64,000 nucleotides of DNA. Origin: Candidatus Nomurabacteria bacterium (GTDB taxonomy: Bacteria > Patescibacteriota > Minisyncoccia > Phycocordibacterales > JAACPR01). Shown here in pieces: positions 26,627 to 36,887 of the stretch. Numbering within the stretch: position 1 is the stretch's first letter; each line of letters opens with the position of its first letter. The notes under the pieces were generated by a model. That model was not told where the DNA came from. It did no database searches and saw nothing but the letters and a program-made list of their open reading frames with translations. The stretch covers positions 1,187-65,186 of the forward strand of contig JACKFZ010000007.1 in assembly GCA_020632215.1 (NCBI GenBank). The letters run 5' to 3'. The translations under genes were made by a program, and so were the position numbers.

Positions 26627-26705
26627 CTTGCCTCCGGACGGTTGCGGGTTACTTTTTGTTTAATGATTTTACGTAACTCATAAAAATAAATGCTAAAATA
26701 TTTTT

Positions 26706-27071
26706 ATGCCAAAACCACAAACAATTAGCGAGTACATCAAACAAGCTCCAAAAGAATCCCAAAAGCAATTGAAGGAAATAAGAAAGTGTTTAAAAGAAGT
26801 AACTCCAAAAGCAATTGAAAGTTTGAAGTGGAGCATGCCCGCTTTTTCTTATGACAGAATCCTTTTTACTTATGCAGGCTTCAAAAAACATATTGGATTT
26901 TATCCAACTCCTTCTGTAATAAAAGAATTTAAAAAAGAATTAATAAATTATAAAACAGCAAAGGGATCTATTCAGTTTCCTTTAGATAAACCTTTACCTA
27001 TTTCATTGATAAAAAAGATCGCTAAATTTAGAGTAAAGGAATTGAAAGAAAAAGATGCAAAGTGGATGTAA
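26706..27071 (+). CDS. DUF1801 (YdhG-like) domain protein
   Basis: 'ISEYIKQAPKESQKQLKEIRKCLKEVTPKAIESLKWSMPAFSY...IGFYP' pattern of DUF1801. Confidence 0.45.
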   Translation: MPKPQTISEYIKQAPKESQKQLKEIRKCLKEVTPKAIESLKWSMPAFSYDRILFTYAGFKKHIGFYPTPSVIKEFKKELINYKTAKGSIQFPLDKPLPISLIKKIAKFRVKELKEKDAKWM

Positions 27072-27085
27072 AATAATAAGTTACT

Positions 27086-27322
27086 ATGCTAAAAGAAAAA
27101 CTACATTCAACTCCAAAAGATTTAAAAAATATTTTTGATACTAATTCTGATTTGAAAACAACTTGGAACTCTCTGACACCACTCGCTCGTAATGAATGGA
27201 TTTGTTGGGTGACTTCTGCTAAGAAAAAAGAGACTAGAGAAAAAAGAATAAACAGAATGAAAGCAGATTTGAAAAAAGGGAAAAGGAGACCTTGTTGTTG
27301 GGCTGGTTGTCCTCATAGGTAG
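27086..27322 (+). CDS. YdeI/OmpD-associated (OmdA) family small protein
   Basis: 'WNSLTPLARNEWICWVTSAKKKETREKRINRMKADLKKGKRRPCCWAGCPHR' matches the YdeI/OmdA C-terminal signature. Confidence 0.45.
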   Translation: MLKEKLHSTPKDLKNIFDTNSDLKTTWNSLTPLARNEWICWVTSAKKKETREKRINRMKADLKKGKRRPCCWAGCPHR

Positions 27323-27325
27323 AAT

Positions 27326-27850
27326 ATGATGAAAGCAAGAAAAGTATCAGATAATTTTTTTAATAAAAAAGCCAAAGAAGTGGCACCAGCGCTACTTGGT
27401 AGTTTTTTAATTAGGGAAGTTGGAGGTAAGAAAATCAAAGCTAAAATTGTAGAAACAGAAGCTTATTGTGGCGAAAAAGATTTGGCTTGTCATGCTTCTA
27501 AAGGTCGAACCGGAAGAACTGAAATCATGTATCAGAAAGCAGGAACTATTTATGTTTATCTTTGTTACGGTATGCACTATATGTTGAATATCGTCGTCTC
27601 TAAAAAAGATGATCCAGAAGCGGTGCTTATCAGAGGCATTGAAATCGATGGTGAAAAGATTCATGGACCAGGGAGAGTGACTAAAGCTTTAAATATTAAT
27701 AAAAAACTAAATGGCAAAAAACTTGGCCCAAAAGACGGACTTTGGCTTGAAAAAGGGGAAACTCTCAAACATCAAAAAACTGCTAGAATTGGTGTTCATT
27801 ACACAGGGCCGATTTGGAGTAAGAGGTTGTTGAGGTTTGTGGAGGAGTAG
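27326..27850 (+). CDS. DNA-3-methyladenine glycosylase (MPG/AAG family)
   Basis: 'AKIVETEAYCGEKDLACHASKGRTGRTEIMYQKAGTIYVYLCYGMHYMLNIVV'. Confidence 0.8.
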   Translation: MMKARKVSDNFFNKKAKEVAPALLGSFLIREVGGKKIKAKIVETEAYCGEKDLACHASKGRTGRTEIMYQKAGTIYVYLCYGMHYMLNIVVSKKDDPEAVLIRGIEIDGEKIHGPGRVTKALNINKKLNGKKLGPKDGLWLEKGETLKHQKTARIGVHYTGPIWSKRLLRFVEE

Positions 27851-27892
27851 TAAGTTTATGTTATAATTTTAAAAATTATTTTAAACTTTAAT

Positions 27893-28450
27893 ATGTCAGA
27901 TTTTCTAAAGACGATTCTAATAGATTATCCTTTGCTAGCACCAATTATTTTTATTATTGTCAGAATGTTACCTTTAATAATTCCACCAATCCCTGGACTA
28001 TTGATTGATGTCGTAGGAGTGGCAGTTTTTGGTTGGTTTTATGGATTTCTGTTGGCTGAAACTGGTGTGGTGTTAGCTTCAATGATCTCCTTTTTTATTG
28101 CCAGAAAATTTCGAGAACCTCTTCTGGGGAAATTTATGTCACTACAAAAAATCCATCAATGGGAAAACAAGTTAACAGAACGAGAAAAGTTTTGGGGTTT
28201 GATAAGTGTTAGATTAATATCTAGTCCTTTCTTTGATACCGTCAATTACGCAGCTGGGCTTACGAATATAAAAGCCAGCACATACTTTTGGACAACTATA
28301 ATTGTCTCAGCACCACTCGGTTTTATGATTTACTATTTTGGTGAAGTGATATTAAACGTTCCTATTATTTTGATAGTGAGCGTCATTCTTATAATTCCAT
28401 TCATACTTTGGTTTAAAAGAAAGAAGGGGCAGACACCTGATTTAGTTTAA
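27893..28450 (+). CDS. DedA/TVP38-family membrane protein
   Basis: Polytopic; 'VRMLPLIIPPIPGLLIDVVGVAVFGWFYGFLLAETG' resembles the DedA core. Confidence 0.45.
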   Translation: MSDFLKTILIDYPLLAPIIFIIVRMLPLIIPPIPGLLIDVVGVAVFGWFYGFLLAETGVVLASMISFFIARKFREPLLGKFMSLQKIHQWENKLTEREKFWGLISVRLISSPFFDTVNYAAGLTNIKASTYFWTTIIVSAPLGFMIYYFGEVILNVPIILIVSVILIIPFILWFKRKKGQTPDLV

Positions 28451-28758
28451 TTTAAACCTCAAACTTTCTTAGTAATTCTTTACAAGTGCAGTAACCACCT
28501 AGCTTATACACCCCAATCTTGTTTGTTGAAAATGAAACAGGCAATTGATATTCATTTTCTGATTGTCTGCCGGCAACTGTTGAAGATGTCTATAGGCAAA
28601 TTTTAAGCATGTCTCTGGCACATGCAATGCATTTTCAAATTGCAAAGCCAGAACCCGATCCTGTGCTAGAGAAATATGTCATTCAAAGAATAGATGAATT
28701 GGCAGATTTGGCTGGTTGGGGTTAGGCTTTTTGTTTATTTTATTGATATAATTTTTTT

Positions 28759-29256
28759 ATGAATAAACTATTGACTCAATTTTTCATATTAATACCTTAT
28801 TTACCTATCTTTTGGAAAGAGCATTTTCTACCAGAAAAAATCTATGAAGTATATCCTTGGGTAGCATTGTTCCATATATCTTTTTTATGTTTATATTTTT
28901 CTTTTTATGGAATAAAAAAAGTAGAAGATAATCTAATTAATAAAAACCCAGAAACTTTGAGTAAATTTGGTAAGAATTATAGAACTACTATAATGTCTGC
29001 AGGTATATTATCTTTTGCTGTCGCACTAACTTTAAGTTGGGGAGACAATATGAAATTATCTTTAATTACCGGCTTTTTATTTTTTATATATTCTCTAATT
29101 TTCTTAAAGCAAAAAAGATCTAAGAGAAGTCACTTCGAGATGCAATTTTTTAGTGGTTCTAATTTTGGAGATAATATAAAAAATATTTTAATTTTATTAT
29201 CTGTGTTTGTTATTTTACTTATGTTTATTTTTATTGTTTTTGGTTTCTTGAAATAG
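28759..29256 (+). CDS. hypothetical polytopic membrane protein
   Basis: 165-aa ORF, 4-5 hydrophobic helices. Confidence 0.3.
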   Translation: MNKLLTQFFILIPYLPIFWKEHFLPEKIYEVYPWVALFHISFLCLYFSFYGIKKVEDNLINKNPETLSKFGKNYRTTIMSAGILSFAVALTLSWGDNMKLSLITGFLFFIYSLIFLKQKRSKRSHFEMQFFSGSNFGDNIKNILILLSVFVILLMFIFIVFGFLK

Positions 29257-31035
29257 TTACCCCTCAATAAATCCACCAGCTTGATGAGCCCAAAGTTTAG
29301 CATAGAGACCACCTTGGTTTTCTAATAGTTCTTGATGAGTTCCATCTTCCACTATCTTTCCATCTCTGAGAACTATAATTCTATCCATTTCAGATAGGGT
29401 AGAGAGACGATGAGCAACAGCTAAAACAGTTTTGCCTTTCATTAGTTCCGTTAAAGCTTTTTGAATAGCTACTTCACTTTCACTATCGAGAGCGCTTGTA
29501 GCTTCATCAAGGATTAGGATTTTGGCATTTTTTAAAATGGCTCGAGCGATAGCGATACGTTGTCTTTGACCAGCAGAAAGCTTGACTCCTCTTTCTCCAA
29601 CAAGAGTGTTATAGCCATCAGGTAAAGTTTGAATAAAAGAATGAGCTTGGGCTAGTTTAGCTGCTTCTTCTATCTCTTTATCACTAGCATCTAAATTTCC
29701 ATAAGCAATATTTTCTCTAACACTTCGATGAAAAAGTAATGGTTCTTGAGGAACAATTCCGATCGATTCTCTCAGACTATCAAGTGTAACATCATTGATA
29801 TTTTGTCCATCTATTTTTATAGAACCACTACTAACCTCGTGTTGTCGCAAAATTAATTTAATAAGAGTAGTTTTTCCAGCTCCGGAGGTTCCAACAATTC
29901 CAACTCTTTGAGCGGGTTCAATATTTAAGTTGAGATTTGCCATTACATCTCTACCTTTTATGTTGTAGTCAAATGAAATATTTTCTATTGATATTTGCCC
30001 TTGTGAAGCTGTTAAGTTTTCAGCATTCTTTTTGTCTAAAATAGCATGGGGTATGAGAATCTCTTGTAGACTTTTATTAATCTCGCCATAATTTTTAGCG
30101 AAACGGTTCATATTTTGGCCAATAAACGTTAAGTTATCTATCATCTCTACGACAAGTGCAATAATCATAATAAAAACACCAACTGTAATGAAACCTTGTC
30201 TCCAAAAGAAAAATGTCATAACCAAGGTGCTGACAGTGAAGGCCGCTAATATTATATTGTTGGTCAGTAAAGACCACTCTGCAAATTTCCAAGTTTTTAA
30301 GCCAGCATCTCTATAATCATGAATTGCTTGATTCATTTTTTTAATTTCCCAACCTCTCTGAGAATATTGATGAATAGCAGAAATGTTAGAGGTTGCATCT
30401 ACAGATTTTCCTCGAAGTTCACTTGAGAGACCAGCTTCTGTTTCTGATAGACCTTTTTGTCTCTTTGCTAGCTGATAGTTCAGAGGAAGGAGAATTAAAA
30501 CCCACAGAGCAAAGACAAGAGCAATCCAGACGTTAGTCGTGTAGATCAATATGATACTCACTATGAATCTGATGAAAACTGGCAAATAAGTCCAAAGGAT
30601 TGTTTCTATATTGGCACTTGTGCTTCTCGCTGCTGTGAATAGGTGATTAACTAACGATCCTGCGAATCTATCATCAAAAAAAGATTGACTGTGCCTAGAC
30701 ATGTATTCAAACAATTTTCCATACGATCTAGCTTCAACGCCTGTAATCCAATGCATACCATTAAAACCACTCAATCGATAAAGCAGTGCTCTACAAAATT
30801 CAAAGCCAGCATAAGCTAAAACCCACCACAGAACAGTCTTTGTTCCTTGATCAATATTTTGAGCTGAAAAGTTGGCACTATCTATTAAGCCACGGACAAC
30901 ATATGCACCTAAGGTGCTTATCGATGCTGCAAAAACAACAAAGATTAAAGCCCAGATTGCCCATTTTCTATATGGTTTAGAAACAAAAAAAGCAAAGCGC
31001 ATTGGTCCAAGTGGTATGGATTCTTTTTTAGACAT
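29257..31035 (-). CDS. ABC transporter, fused permease/ATP-binding protein (MsbA-like exporter)
   Basis: Six N-terminal TM helices, Walker A 'GTSGAGKTT', signature 'LSAGQRQRIAIARA', Walker B 'ILILDEATSALD'. Confidence 0.85.
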   Translation of the reverse strand: MSKKESIPLGPMRFAFFVSKPYRKWAIWALIFVVFAASISTLGAYVVRGLIDSANFSAQNIDQGTKTVLWWVLAYAGFEFCRALLYRLSGFNGMHWITGVEARSYGKLFEYMSRHSQSFFDDRFAGSLVNHLFTAARSTSANIETILWTYLPVFIRFIVSIILIYTTNVWIALVFALWVLILLPLNYQLAKRQKGLSETEAGLSSELRGKSVDATSNISAIHQYSQRGWEIKKMNQAIHDYRDAGLKTWKFAEWSLLTNNIILAAFTVSTLVMTFFFWRQGFITVGVFIMIIALVVEMIDNLTFIGQNMNRFAKNYGEINKSLQEILIPHAILDKKNAENLTASQGQISIENISFDYNIKGRDVMANLNLNIEPAQRVGIVGTSGAGKTTLIKLILRQHEVSSGSIKIDGQNINDVTLDSLRESIGIVPQEPLLFHRSVRENIAYGNLDASDKEIEEAAKLAQAHSFIQTLPDGYNTLVGERGVKLSAGQRQRIAIARAILKNAKILILDEATSALDSESEVAIQKALTELMKGKTVLAVAHRLSTLSEMDRIIVLRDGKIVEDGTHQELLENQGGLYAKLWAHQAGGFIEG

Positions 31036-31053
31036 AGTTCTTTTTAAATAATT

Positions 31054-31977
31054 TTATTGAGCTTTTAAGTAAATGTATATATCTTCTAGTGCTTTGACAG
31101 CATCTCCAGCAGCAATGTTGTTTTGATGATAAAGTCCGTCAGTACAATCTCCAGCAGCCCAGATTCCAGCAATAGAAGTTCTTTGATTTCTTGGGTCGAC
31201 TTTGACTTGCTTGTAGTCTGTAAGATCAACGACTCCTTCTAGAAAATCTGTATTTGGTAAAGCTCCTATTTCTACAAAAATTCCTTGGACATCCAGAGTT
31301 TTTTCTTCACTTGTGATTTTATCTTTTATTTTTATTCCAGTTACAAACTTGTCACCAATAATTTCTAAAGTTTCAACATTTTTTAAACCAGTCATTTTTG
31401 GATCCTTTAAAACTGCTTCGACTGTGATAGGATCTGCTTTGTATTCGCTAGAGCTTTGGAGGAGAGTAACACTTTTTGTATAAGCAAGAAGTTGTGCGGC
31501 AGTTTCAAAACCGGCATTTCCTCCACCTATAACTACAACATCTTTATCAGTGAAAAGGGGGCCATCACAACTCGCGCAGTAAGTTATGCCTTTGTGTTCA
31601 TATTGATCTGCTCCAGGTGCAGTTAACTTTCTTCTATGACTTCCTGTGGCTACTAAAATAGTTTTTACCTCATACTCTCCTTTATCAGTTTTCAGCTTGA
31701 AACCATCATTAGTTTTTTCTATTCCTATTGCTATTTCTCCTTCTTTGATATCGACAATGTCACCAGCATAAGCTTTGAGATGATTTTCTAGCTTTTTTGC
31801 CAGTTCTTGACCGGAGATTTGAATGTCACCAATCCAGTTTTCAATACCATCTGACACAGCACTTTGGCTTTGATAGTCTTTTGTAACAAAGATTGTTTTT
31901 AGTTTTTTTCTAGAAGCATAAACACCAGCTGCAACGCCTGCTGGACCACCTCCTAAAATTGCTAAATCGTAGATCAT
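31054..31977 (-). CDS. trxB: thioredoxin-disulfide reductase
   Basis: 'YDLAILGGGPAGVAAGVY' FAD site, redox 'CASCDG', 'VVVIGGGNAGFETA' NADPH site. Confidence 0.8.
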   Translation of the reverse strand: MIYDLAILGGGPAGVAAGVYASRKKLKTIFVTKDYQSQSAVSDGIENWIGDIQISGQELAKKLENHLKAYAGDIVDIKEGEIAIGIEKTNDGFKLKTDKGEYEVKTILVATGSHRRKLTAPGADQYEHKGITYCASCDGPLFTDKDVVVIGGGNAGFETAAQLLAYTKSVTLLQSSSEYKADPITVEAVLKDPKMTGLKNVETLEIIGDKFVTGIKIKDKITSEEKTLDVQGIFVEIGALPNTDFLEGVVDLTDYKQVKVDPRNQRTSIAGIWAAGDCTDGLYHQNNIAAGDAVKALEDIYIYLKAQ

Positions 31978-32078
31978 AATAGTTTAGTGTTAAAAACCAT
32001 ATAATTATACACAAAATGGTTAAATGACAAAGAATTTGAAATATTTTGAGTAAATGGTAATCTCGTTTACTAGAACAA

Positions 32079-32498
32079 ATGAGAATCGAATATGTACGGT
32101 ATGATGATGGAGAGTCTTATCATTCAGTTATTAATCTTGAAAAAAGTAGGACTTTGGAACAAGTATTTCAGGAGCTGGAACGTAGAATACGAAGGATATT
32201 TCAATTTTCCAAAGAAGGTACAAAAGTAAGAGTTTTTTTATCCGAAGGTGACACGGAACGAGAGAGGTTGGCTTTGAGGGCTTTTTCTCTTTTTTACACC
32301 ATCTGTAAAACTCTGAGTTTGGATGGCATTGTAATTGTGATGTCGGAAGAGAGGGGAACTTTTCGTATTTGTAAGGAAATTAAACCAGTTGTTTTTTGGG
32401 AACATTTTAATATTGAGGATGGCTTTTTTATTGCTAGTTGCGAAGGCCACTTGATCATTAGGATTTTCCTAGTTGGAATACTTAAAGAACAATATTAA
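32079..32498 (+). CDS. hypothetical protein
   Basis: 139-aa ORF, no recognised motif. Confidence 0.3.
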   Translation: MRIEYVRYDDGESYHSVINLEKSRTLEQVFQELERRIRRIFQFSKEGTKVRVFLSEGDTERERLALRAFSLFYTICKTLSLDGIVIVMSEERGTFRICKEIKPVVFWEHFNIEDGFFIASCEGHLIIRIFLVGILKEQY

Positions 32499-32567
32499 CA
32501 CGTCAGCACAAAGAAAGGAGAAAATTTGCTGGCATTTTTTTTCTAGGTGTATTACTTTTTTGACTAA

Positions 32568-32993
32568 ATGTTTTTCTGGATAGAGAATGTATATAGAAAC
32601 TCAAAGAACATGATTGAAGTACTGATACATCCAACAAGTTTCAGTCCTTTGATTCCGGCAGAACGGATTAGGATTGTTACTTCGGATGCCGAGGATTTTA
32701 GATTTGCCTACCGAGTCATTTCTGGTATTTACGCTCGGCGTAAGTGTTGGAAGATAGTCTTTCATGGCGATGAAAATGCTCGCGTTCGATCTGTGTGGGA
32801 GAGAGCTAGTATGATTCGCAGAGCGCATCACGTTTTGCGTGAAGGTGGTCTTGTTGTCTTGGGCGACGTCTCCTTTATGTGTTTTTGCCCGACTCATCTC
32901 AGACACATCGAAGAATTTGTGAACCAGCGTTTCGCATATCTTTCTCTCAAATACCAAGGGAACTTTGTGCTCTCATTGGAATTCCAACAATAA
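32568..32993 (+). CDS. hypothetical protein; noticeably GC-richer than its neighbours
   Basis: 141-aa ORF; 'LREGGLVVLGDV' is faintly methyltransferase-like; followed by a hairpin terminator. Confidence 0.3.
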   Translation: MFFWIENVYRNSKNMIEVLIHPTSFSPLIPAERIRIVTSDAEDFRFAYRVISGIYARRKCWKIVFHGDENARVRSVWERASMIRRAHHVLREGGLVVLGDVSFMCFCPTHLRHIEEFVNQRFAYLSLKYQGNFVLSLEFQQ

Positions 32994-33024
32994 AAGCGCC
33001 ACGTATTGTACGCGGCGCTTAAAC
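32994..33024. terminator. hairpin between convergent genes
   Basis: 'AAAGCGCCACGTATTGTACGCGGCGCTT'. Confidence 0.5.
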
Positions 33025-33041
33025 TTTATTGGTCAGAAATA

Positions 33042-34184
33042 TTATTTTATTTTACTTCTTCGTAGAAAAGCTGGAACCGCGCCCCACTCATCGTCATCAT
33101 CTTTTGTTTCTTTTTTGATTTCTTCCTTTACTTCTTTTTTGGGTTTAGATTCGTCTATTGAATTGAATATTCTGCCTTTTGTTTCTGTTTGTGGTTCTTC
33201 TTTAGTAAACAGGGATTTTTTAACAGCACCTTCTGGGAAACCTGAGGCGATAATTGTAACTCTGACATCTCCCTTCTTCATAGAAGGATCGTTAATTGTT
33301 CCAAAAATGACTTTAGCATCTGGATCAATAGATTCTGTGATAAGTTTTGCGGCGTCTTGAATCTCAAACATGGTTAAGTCATCTCCACCTGCAATAGAGA
33401 ACAGAACACCTTTTGCACCGTTAATAGATAGATCAAGGAGGGGAGAGTTAATAGCCATCTTTGCTGCTTCCTCTGCTCTTTTGTCACCACTGGCAGTTCC
33501 GATACCCATTAGAGCTGAACCAGTATCTTTTAAGATTGCTTTGATATCTGCAAAGTCGACGTTAATTGTTCCAGGAGTTGTTATCAAGTCTGATATTCCT
33601 TCAACAGCTTGTTTCAAAATATCATCACACATTGAAAATGCATTTTGAGCAGTTGTTTCTTTTGAAATGTTAGATAGGAGACGATCGTTTGGAATAACAA
33701 TGATTGCATCGACTTCTTTTCGTAAATCTTCCAACGCTTGTTCAGCAATTCTCATTCTGTATTGTCCTTCAAAGAAGAATGGTTTTGTAACAACTGCAAC
33801 TGTCAAAGCTCCTGAATCTTTTGAAATATTAGCGATAACAGGACTTGCACCACTACAAGTTCCACCACCAAGACCTCCAGCAATGAAAACCATGTCAGAC
33901 CCCTTTATTGCTTCTTGGATCTCTTCTTTAGTTTCTTCTGCTGCTCTTTGACCTAGTTCGGGATTCATTCCTGCTCCTAGACCCTTTGTAAGGTTTTTAC
34001 CAATGTGGATTTTTTTCTTTGCTTGTGATTGATGTAAATCTTGTGCATCAGTATTGATAGCAATAAACTCTACACCTTTAACTTTGCTAGATACCATATG
34101 ATTGACCGCGTTTTTACCCGATCCACCAATACCCAAAACCTTGATACGTGCAAAGCTTTCTACTTCTGGTTTAACTTGTGGCAT
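33042..34184 (-). CDS. ftsZ: cell division GTPase FtsZ
   Basis: 'IKVLGIGGSGKNAVNHM', 'GGLGGGTCSGASPVIA' tubulin signature. Confidence 0.95.
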   Translation of the reverse strand: MPQVKPEVESFARIKVLGIGGSGKNAVNHMVSSKVKGVEFIAINTDAQDLHQSQAKKKIHIGKNLTKGLGAGMNPELGQRAAEETKEEIQEAIKGSDMVFIAGGLGGGTCSGASPVIANISKDSGALTVAVVTKPFFFEGQYRMRIAEQALEDLRKEVDAIIVIPNDRLLSNISKETTAQNAFSMCDDILKQAVEGISDLITTPGTINVDFADIKAILKDTGSALMGIGTASGDKRAEEAAKMAINSPLLDLSINGAKGVLFSIAGGDDLTMFEIQDAAKLITESIDPDAKVIFGTINDPSMKKGDVRVTIIASGFPEGAVKKSLFTKEEPQTETKGRIFNSIDESKPKKEVKEEIKKETKDDDDEWGAVPAFLRRSKIK

Positions 34185-34344
34185 AAAATTAGATATTCTC
34201 TCTGTTTAGGTTAAAAACAGACAGATTAACTGATAAGTATCTCGCCTCCGTGAGATTTCCAAACTATAACAGAAGATAGAGTTATAGAAAACCTTGACAT
34301 ATTTGTATTAAAATATCATCAAAAAAGGGCTTTTTCAGAATAAA

Positions 34345-35562
34345 TTAAGGCAAAAACTGTTTGAGCCAGCTGGCTATTTTTTTTCTAGTAGATTTTAAGA
34401 ATTTTTTACCAATGTTATTTTGAATATTGGTATCATCATCTGCATAAAGCCCAAAAACACAAAGTCCATATGATACGGCCCATTGTCCATCTTTGATTTT
34501 GACACCTTGTTCATTAATACATTCTTCAATCTCTGAATTGCAAGCCAAGTGACTTACTTTTGATGGTAATTTTAAGTATGCCTTGGCCAAGTCTTCGATC
34601 GTGGTGATACCCGAACCTCCACCTGTAATAACAATACCTGCCGGTAAAAGTCCGTTTTTACTTATTTTTTTCAAATGTGATTCTATTAATTCAAAAATAT
34701 CAGAAAGTCTAGCGCCGATGATTTCTTCCAGTTTCTTTTTTGGATATTTATTTTCTCCAAACTCGTTATTCAAATCTCTTTTAGCATCTTCTGCTTCATT
34801 TAATGGAATTTGTAATCCTAAGGCAATGTCATTTGTAATATCATTTGAACCAATAGGGAATATTTCTAGAGAAACAGGCAAGTCATTTTCATAAACAACA
34901 ATAGAAACTGTTTCGGACCCAATGTTTGTCAAAACACAGCCGGCAATTTTTTCTGGTTTTGAAAGAGTGACCAAGCTAGCAGCCAGAGGTGCAGCCATAA
35001 CATCAATGATTTCTATGTCAGCTTCTTCAACCGTATTGATCAATTCTGCTAAGTGATGTTCGAGACAAGTGATAAATAGTACTTTGGCTTCGAGTTTTGC
35101 ACCTTTTAGTCCAACAGGATTTCCAAAGACGGGTTTGCTATCAACTAAGTATTCAAGAGGAATGGTGTGAATGATTTTTCTATTGATAGAAATAGTTGGT
35201 GGTATTTGTCTTTCGCTATCTTCTAAAACTTTCTCTATGTCTAGTTCGGTAATTTCAGAATCAGCTCGAGAAATCATAATAGTGCCCGTTGATACATAGC
35301 TTGCAAGACCAATTCCTCCGACAGAAAGAAAGGCTCGACTGATTCTTATACCGCTTTTTTTCTCTGCTTGTCTAACTGCTTTTCGGATACTACGGACAGC
35401 TTCAGTTTGATTGATAATGTATCCATGTCTTAGACCTTTGGACTCTGCAAAACCAGCCCCAATGATTTTTGGGAAAGCAGGATTAATATCATTGTTTTCT
35501 GTAACAATAACTTTTACATTGTGTGTTCCTATGTCAATACCAACAGCGTAGTGTTTTCTCAT
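34345..35562 (-). CDS. ftsA: cell division protein FtsA
   Basis: Actin-like ATPase 'AVGIDIGTHNVKVIV', 'ITGGGSGI'; immediately upstream of ftsZ. Confidence 0.85.
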   Translation of the reverse strand: MRKHYAVGIDIGTHNVKVIVTENNDINPAFPKIIGAGFAESKGLRHGYIINQTEAVRSIRKAVRQAEKKSGIRISRAFLSVGGIGLASYVSTGTIMISRADSEITELDIEKVLEDSERQIPPTISINRKIIHTIPLEYLVDSKPVFGNPVGLKGAKLEAKVLFITCLEHHLAELINTVEEADIEIIDVMAAPLAASLVTLSKPEKIAGCVLTNIGSETVSIVVYENDLPVSLEIFPIGSNDITNDIALGLQIPLNEAEDAKRDLNNEFGENKYPKKKLEEIIGARLSDIFELIESHLKKISKNGLLPAGIVITGGGSGITTIEDLAKAYLKLPSKVSHLACNSEIEECINEQGVKIKDGQWAVSYGLCVFGLYADDDTNIQNNIGKKFLKSTRKKIASWLKQFLP

Positions 35563-35793
35563 GTGTAAATTAAAAGTGTTTATATTTTACACAATAAAAT
35601 GATGATTGTAATGGGGAGAACTTTTTTCAAGCCCGTCGTCCCAGACTTGATCCGGGATCTCGTAAGATTATTACTGAGTCTAATTATTGATAATTGATAA
35701 TTAAAGATTTTGGTCTCCCTGAAGGAGTTCCAAGCGAAGTCGATGGGCGACATTCAGGATTTTGTAAAATCACAACTGAATTCTTTTGTTATT

Positions 35794-35862
35794 AAAAATA
35801 AAAAAATAAAAAATCTATACAAAATTCCCGCCCAGGGTGGGGGCTTACCGCTTACCTCCTTA
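35794..35862. repeat. truncated copy of the dispersed repeat family (same orientation as the 57751 copy)
   Basis: 'AAAAATAAAAAAATAAAAAAT...ATTCCCGCCCAGGGTGGGGGCTTACCGCTTACCTCC' versus 57751 'AAAAAAAATAAAAAAT...ATTCCCACCCCTTATTGGGTGGGGGCTTGCCGCTTACCACTCC'. Confidence 0.5.
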
Positions 35863-35937
35863 AGCTAGATTATAACAATGTCAGATAAAGTTATGTAAAA
35901 GAAAAGTTAAAATAAAAATGAATTACTCAGAAAAACA

Positions 35938-35968
35938 ACAACGGGGTTCGTCAAGACGAACCCCGTTG
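35938..35968 (-). terminator. Rho-independent terminator of the 35997..36887 gene
   Basis: Minus strand 'CGAACCCCGTTGTTGTTTTTCTG' after the stem 'CAACGGGGTTCGTCAAGACGAACCCCGTTG'. Confidence 0.6.
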
Positions 35969-35996
35969 GGTGAAAAACAAGAACAAATACCGAAGC

Positions 35997-36887
35997 TCAG
36001 TAGTACTCGCCGTGGCGATAATCGAAGTTGTCGAATATGCCGCTCATGGTCAGCATGATTTTGTCGAGCTCCAAACCTTTGCGAATGATCTTTGGACGCA
36101 GATCAGAGAGATCGCCTTCACGGTTGATGAAGGAGACCATGACACCTTGCTTGCAACGATGGGACAGATCCTTGTCCGGCTGCTGGTCACGAACGTAGGA
36201 GTTGGCTTCAACTGTCATGTCTACTCCTGAGAGGATGCGTTCACCAACACCTTCCAGACGGCCGCGATTGCCTTGGCCAGAAGGATTGGCGGACGAAGCA
36301 AAGCACAGTTTCCTGTGGTCTTGCCACATCTTGCGGGCGATTTCTTCCGATGGATTTCCGAAATTGATGACGAAGCAGCTGGTGCCTCGTTGATCCATCA
36401 TCAGCTCTCTTGATCCGTCATCGGGAATGATAGGATCATTATCTTTTTCCCAAGGGAGAATGCACCCCAATCGGATGTTGTGAACTTCACACTCCAGGTA
36501 AAGTCGTTCGATTTTGTCTGTGGTCTTTGCGAGGCAGAAGATCTGTTTTGCCGATGTACAGAGCACGACACTGGGCTTATTCGGATTTCGTAGTTTAAGG
36601 TCGAACGTTCTTTTCAGACCTTCATAGTCGGTGGCCATGACGATGTAGCCGGCCTTGGTAGGGGCGACAATTGCACCTCCTTTTTGTCGTAGCATGGTGC
36701 ATGCCACACCAACCGTCTCCTGATTTTTGATAGGATCATCGATATCCCATCGGTATTGTATTTTTTCCTGTGGCATTTTTCTTGCGGGTTGATGTTGGGT
36801 TGTGACGACAGTAAAAACTTCGCCGTTATTTTCTGCGAGCAATATTAACTTTTTATCAATAAAAAGCAAGTTATATATTTTACCCAA
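35997..36887 (-). CDS. second YrdC/Sua5-family protein (296 aa), GC-rich relative to the genome
   Basis: 'GGAIVAPTKAGYIVMATDYEGLKRTFDLKLRNPNKPSVVLC', 'FASSANPSGQG' YrdC motifs; about 50% GC by eye versus roughly 33% for neighbours. Confidence 0.55.
   Translation of the reverse strand: MGKIYNLLFIDKKLILLAENNGEVFTVVTTQHQPARKMPQEKIQYRWDIDDPIKNQETVGVACTMLRQKGGAIVAPTKAGYIVMATDYEGLKRTFDLKLRNPNKPSVVLCTSAKQIFCLAKTTDKIERLYLECEVHNIRLGCILPWEKDNDPIIPDDGSRELMMDQRGTSCFVINFGNPSEEIARKMWQDHRKLCFASSANPSGQGNRGRLEGVGERILSGVDMTVEANSYVRDQQPDKDLSHRCKQGVMVSFINREGDLSDLRPKIIRKGLELDKIMLTMSGIFDNFDYRHGEYY

Noticed and set aside
28560-28725. A 38-codon ORF 'MSLAHAMHFQIAKPEPDPVLEKYVIQRIDELADLAGWG' in the 300-bp spacer before 28759
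   Set aside because: Too short and without context. It may be a gene remnant, but the evidence is insufficient.
33370-33951. Plus-strand ORFs antisense to ftsZ
   Set aside because: ftsZ on the minus strand is unambiguous.
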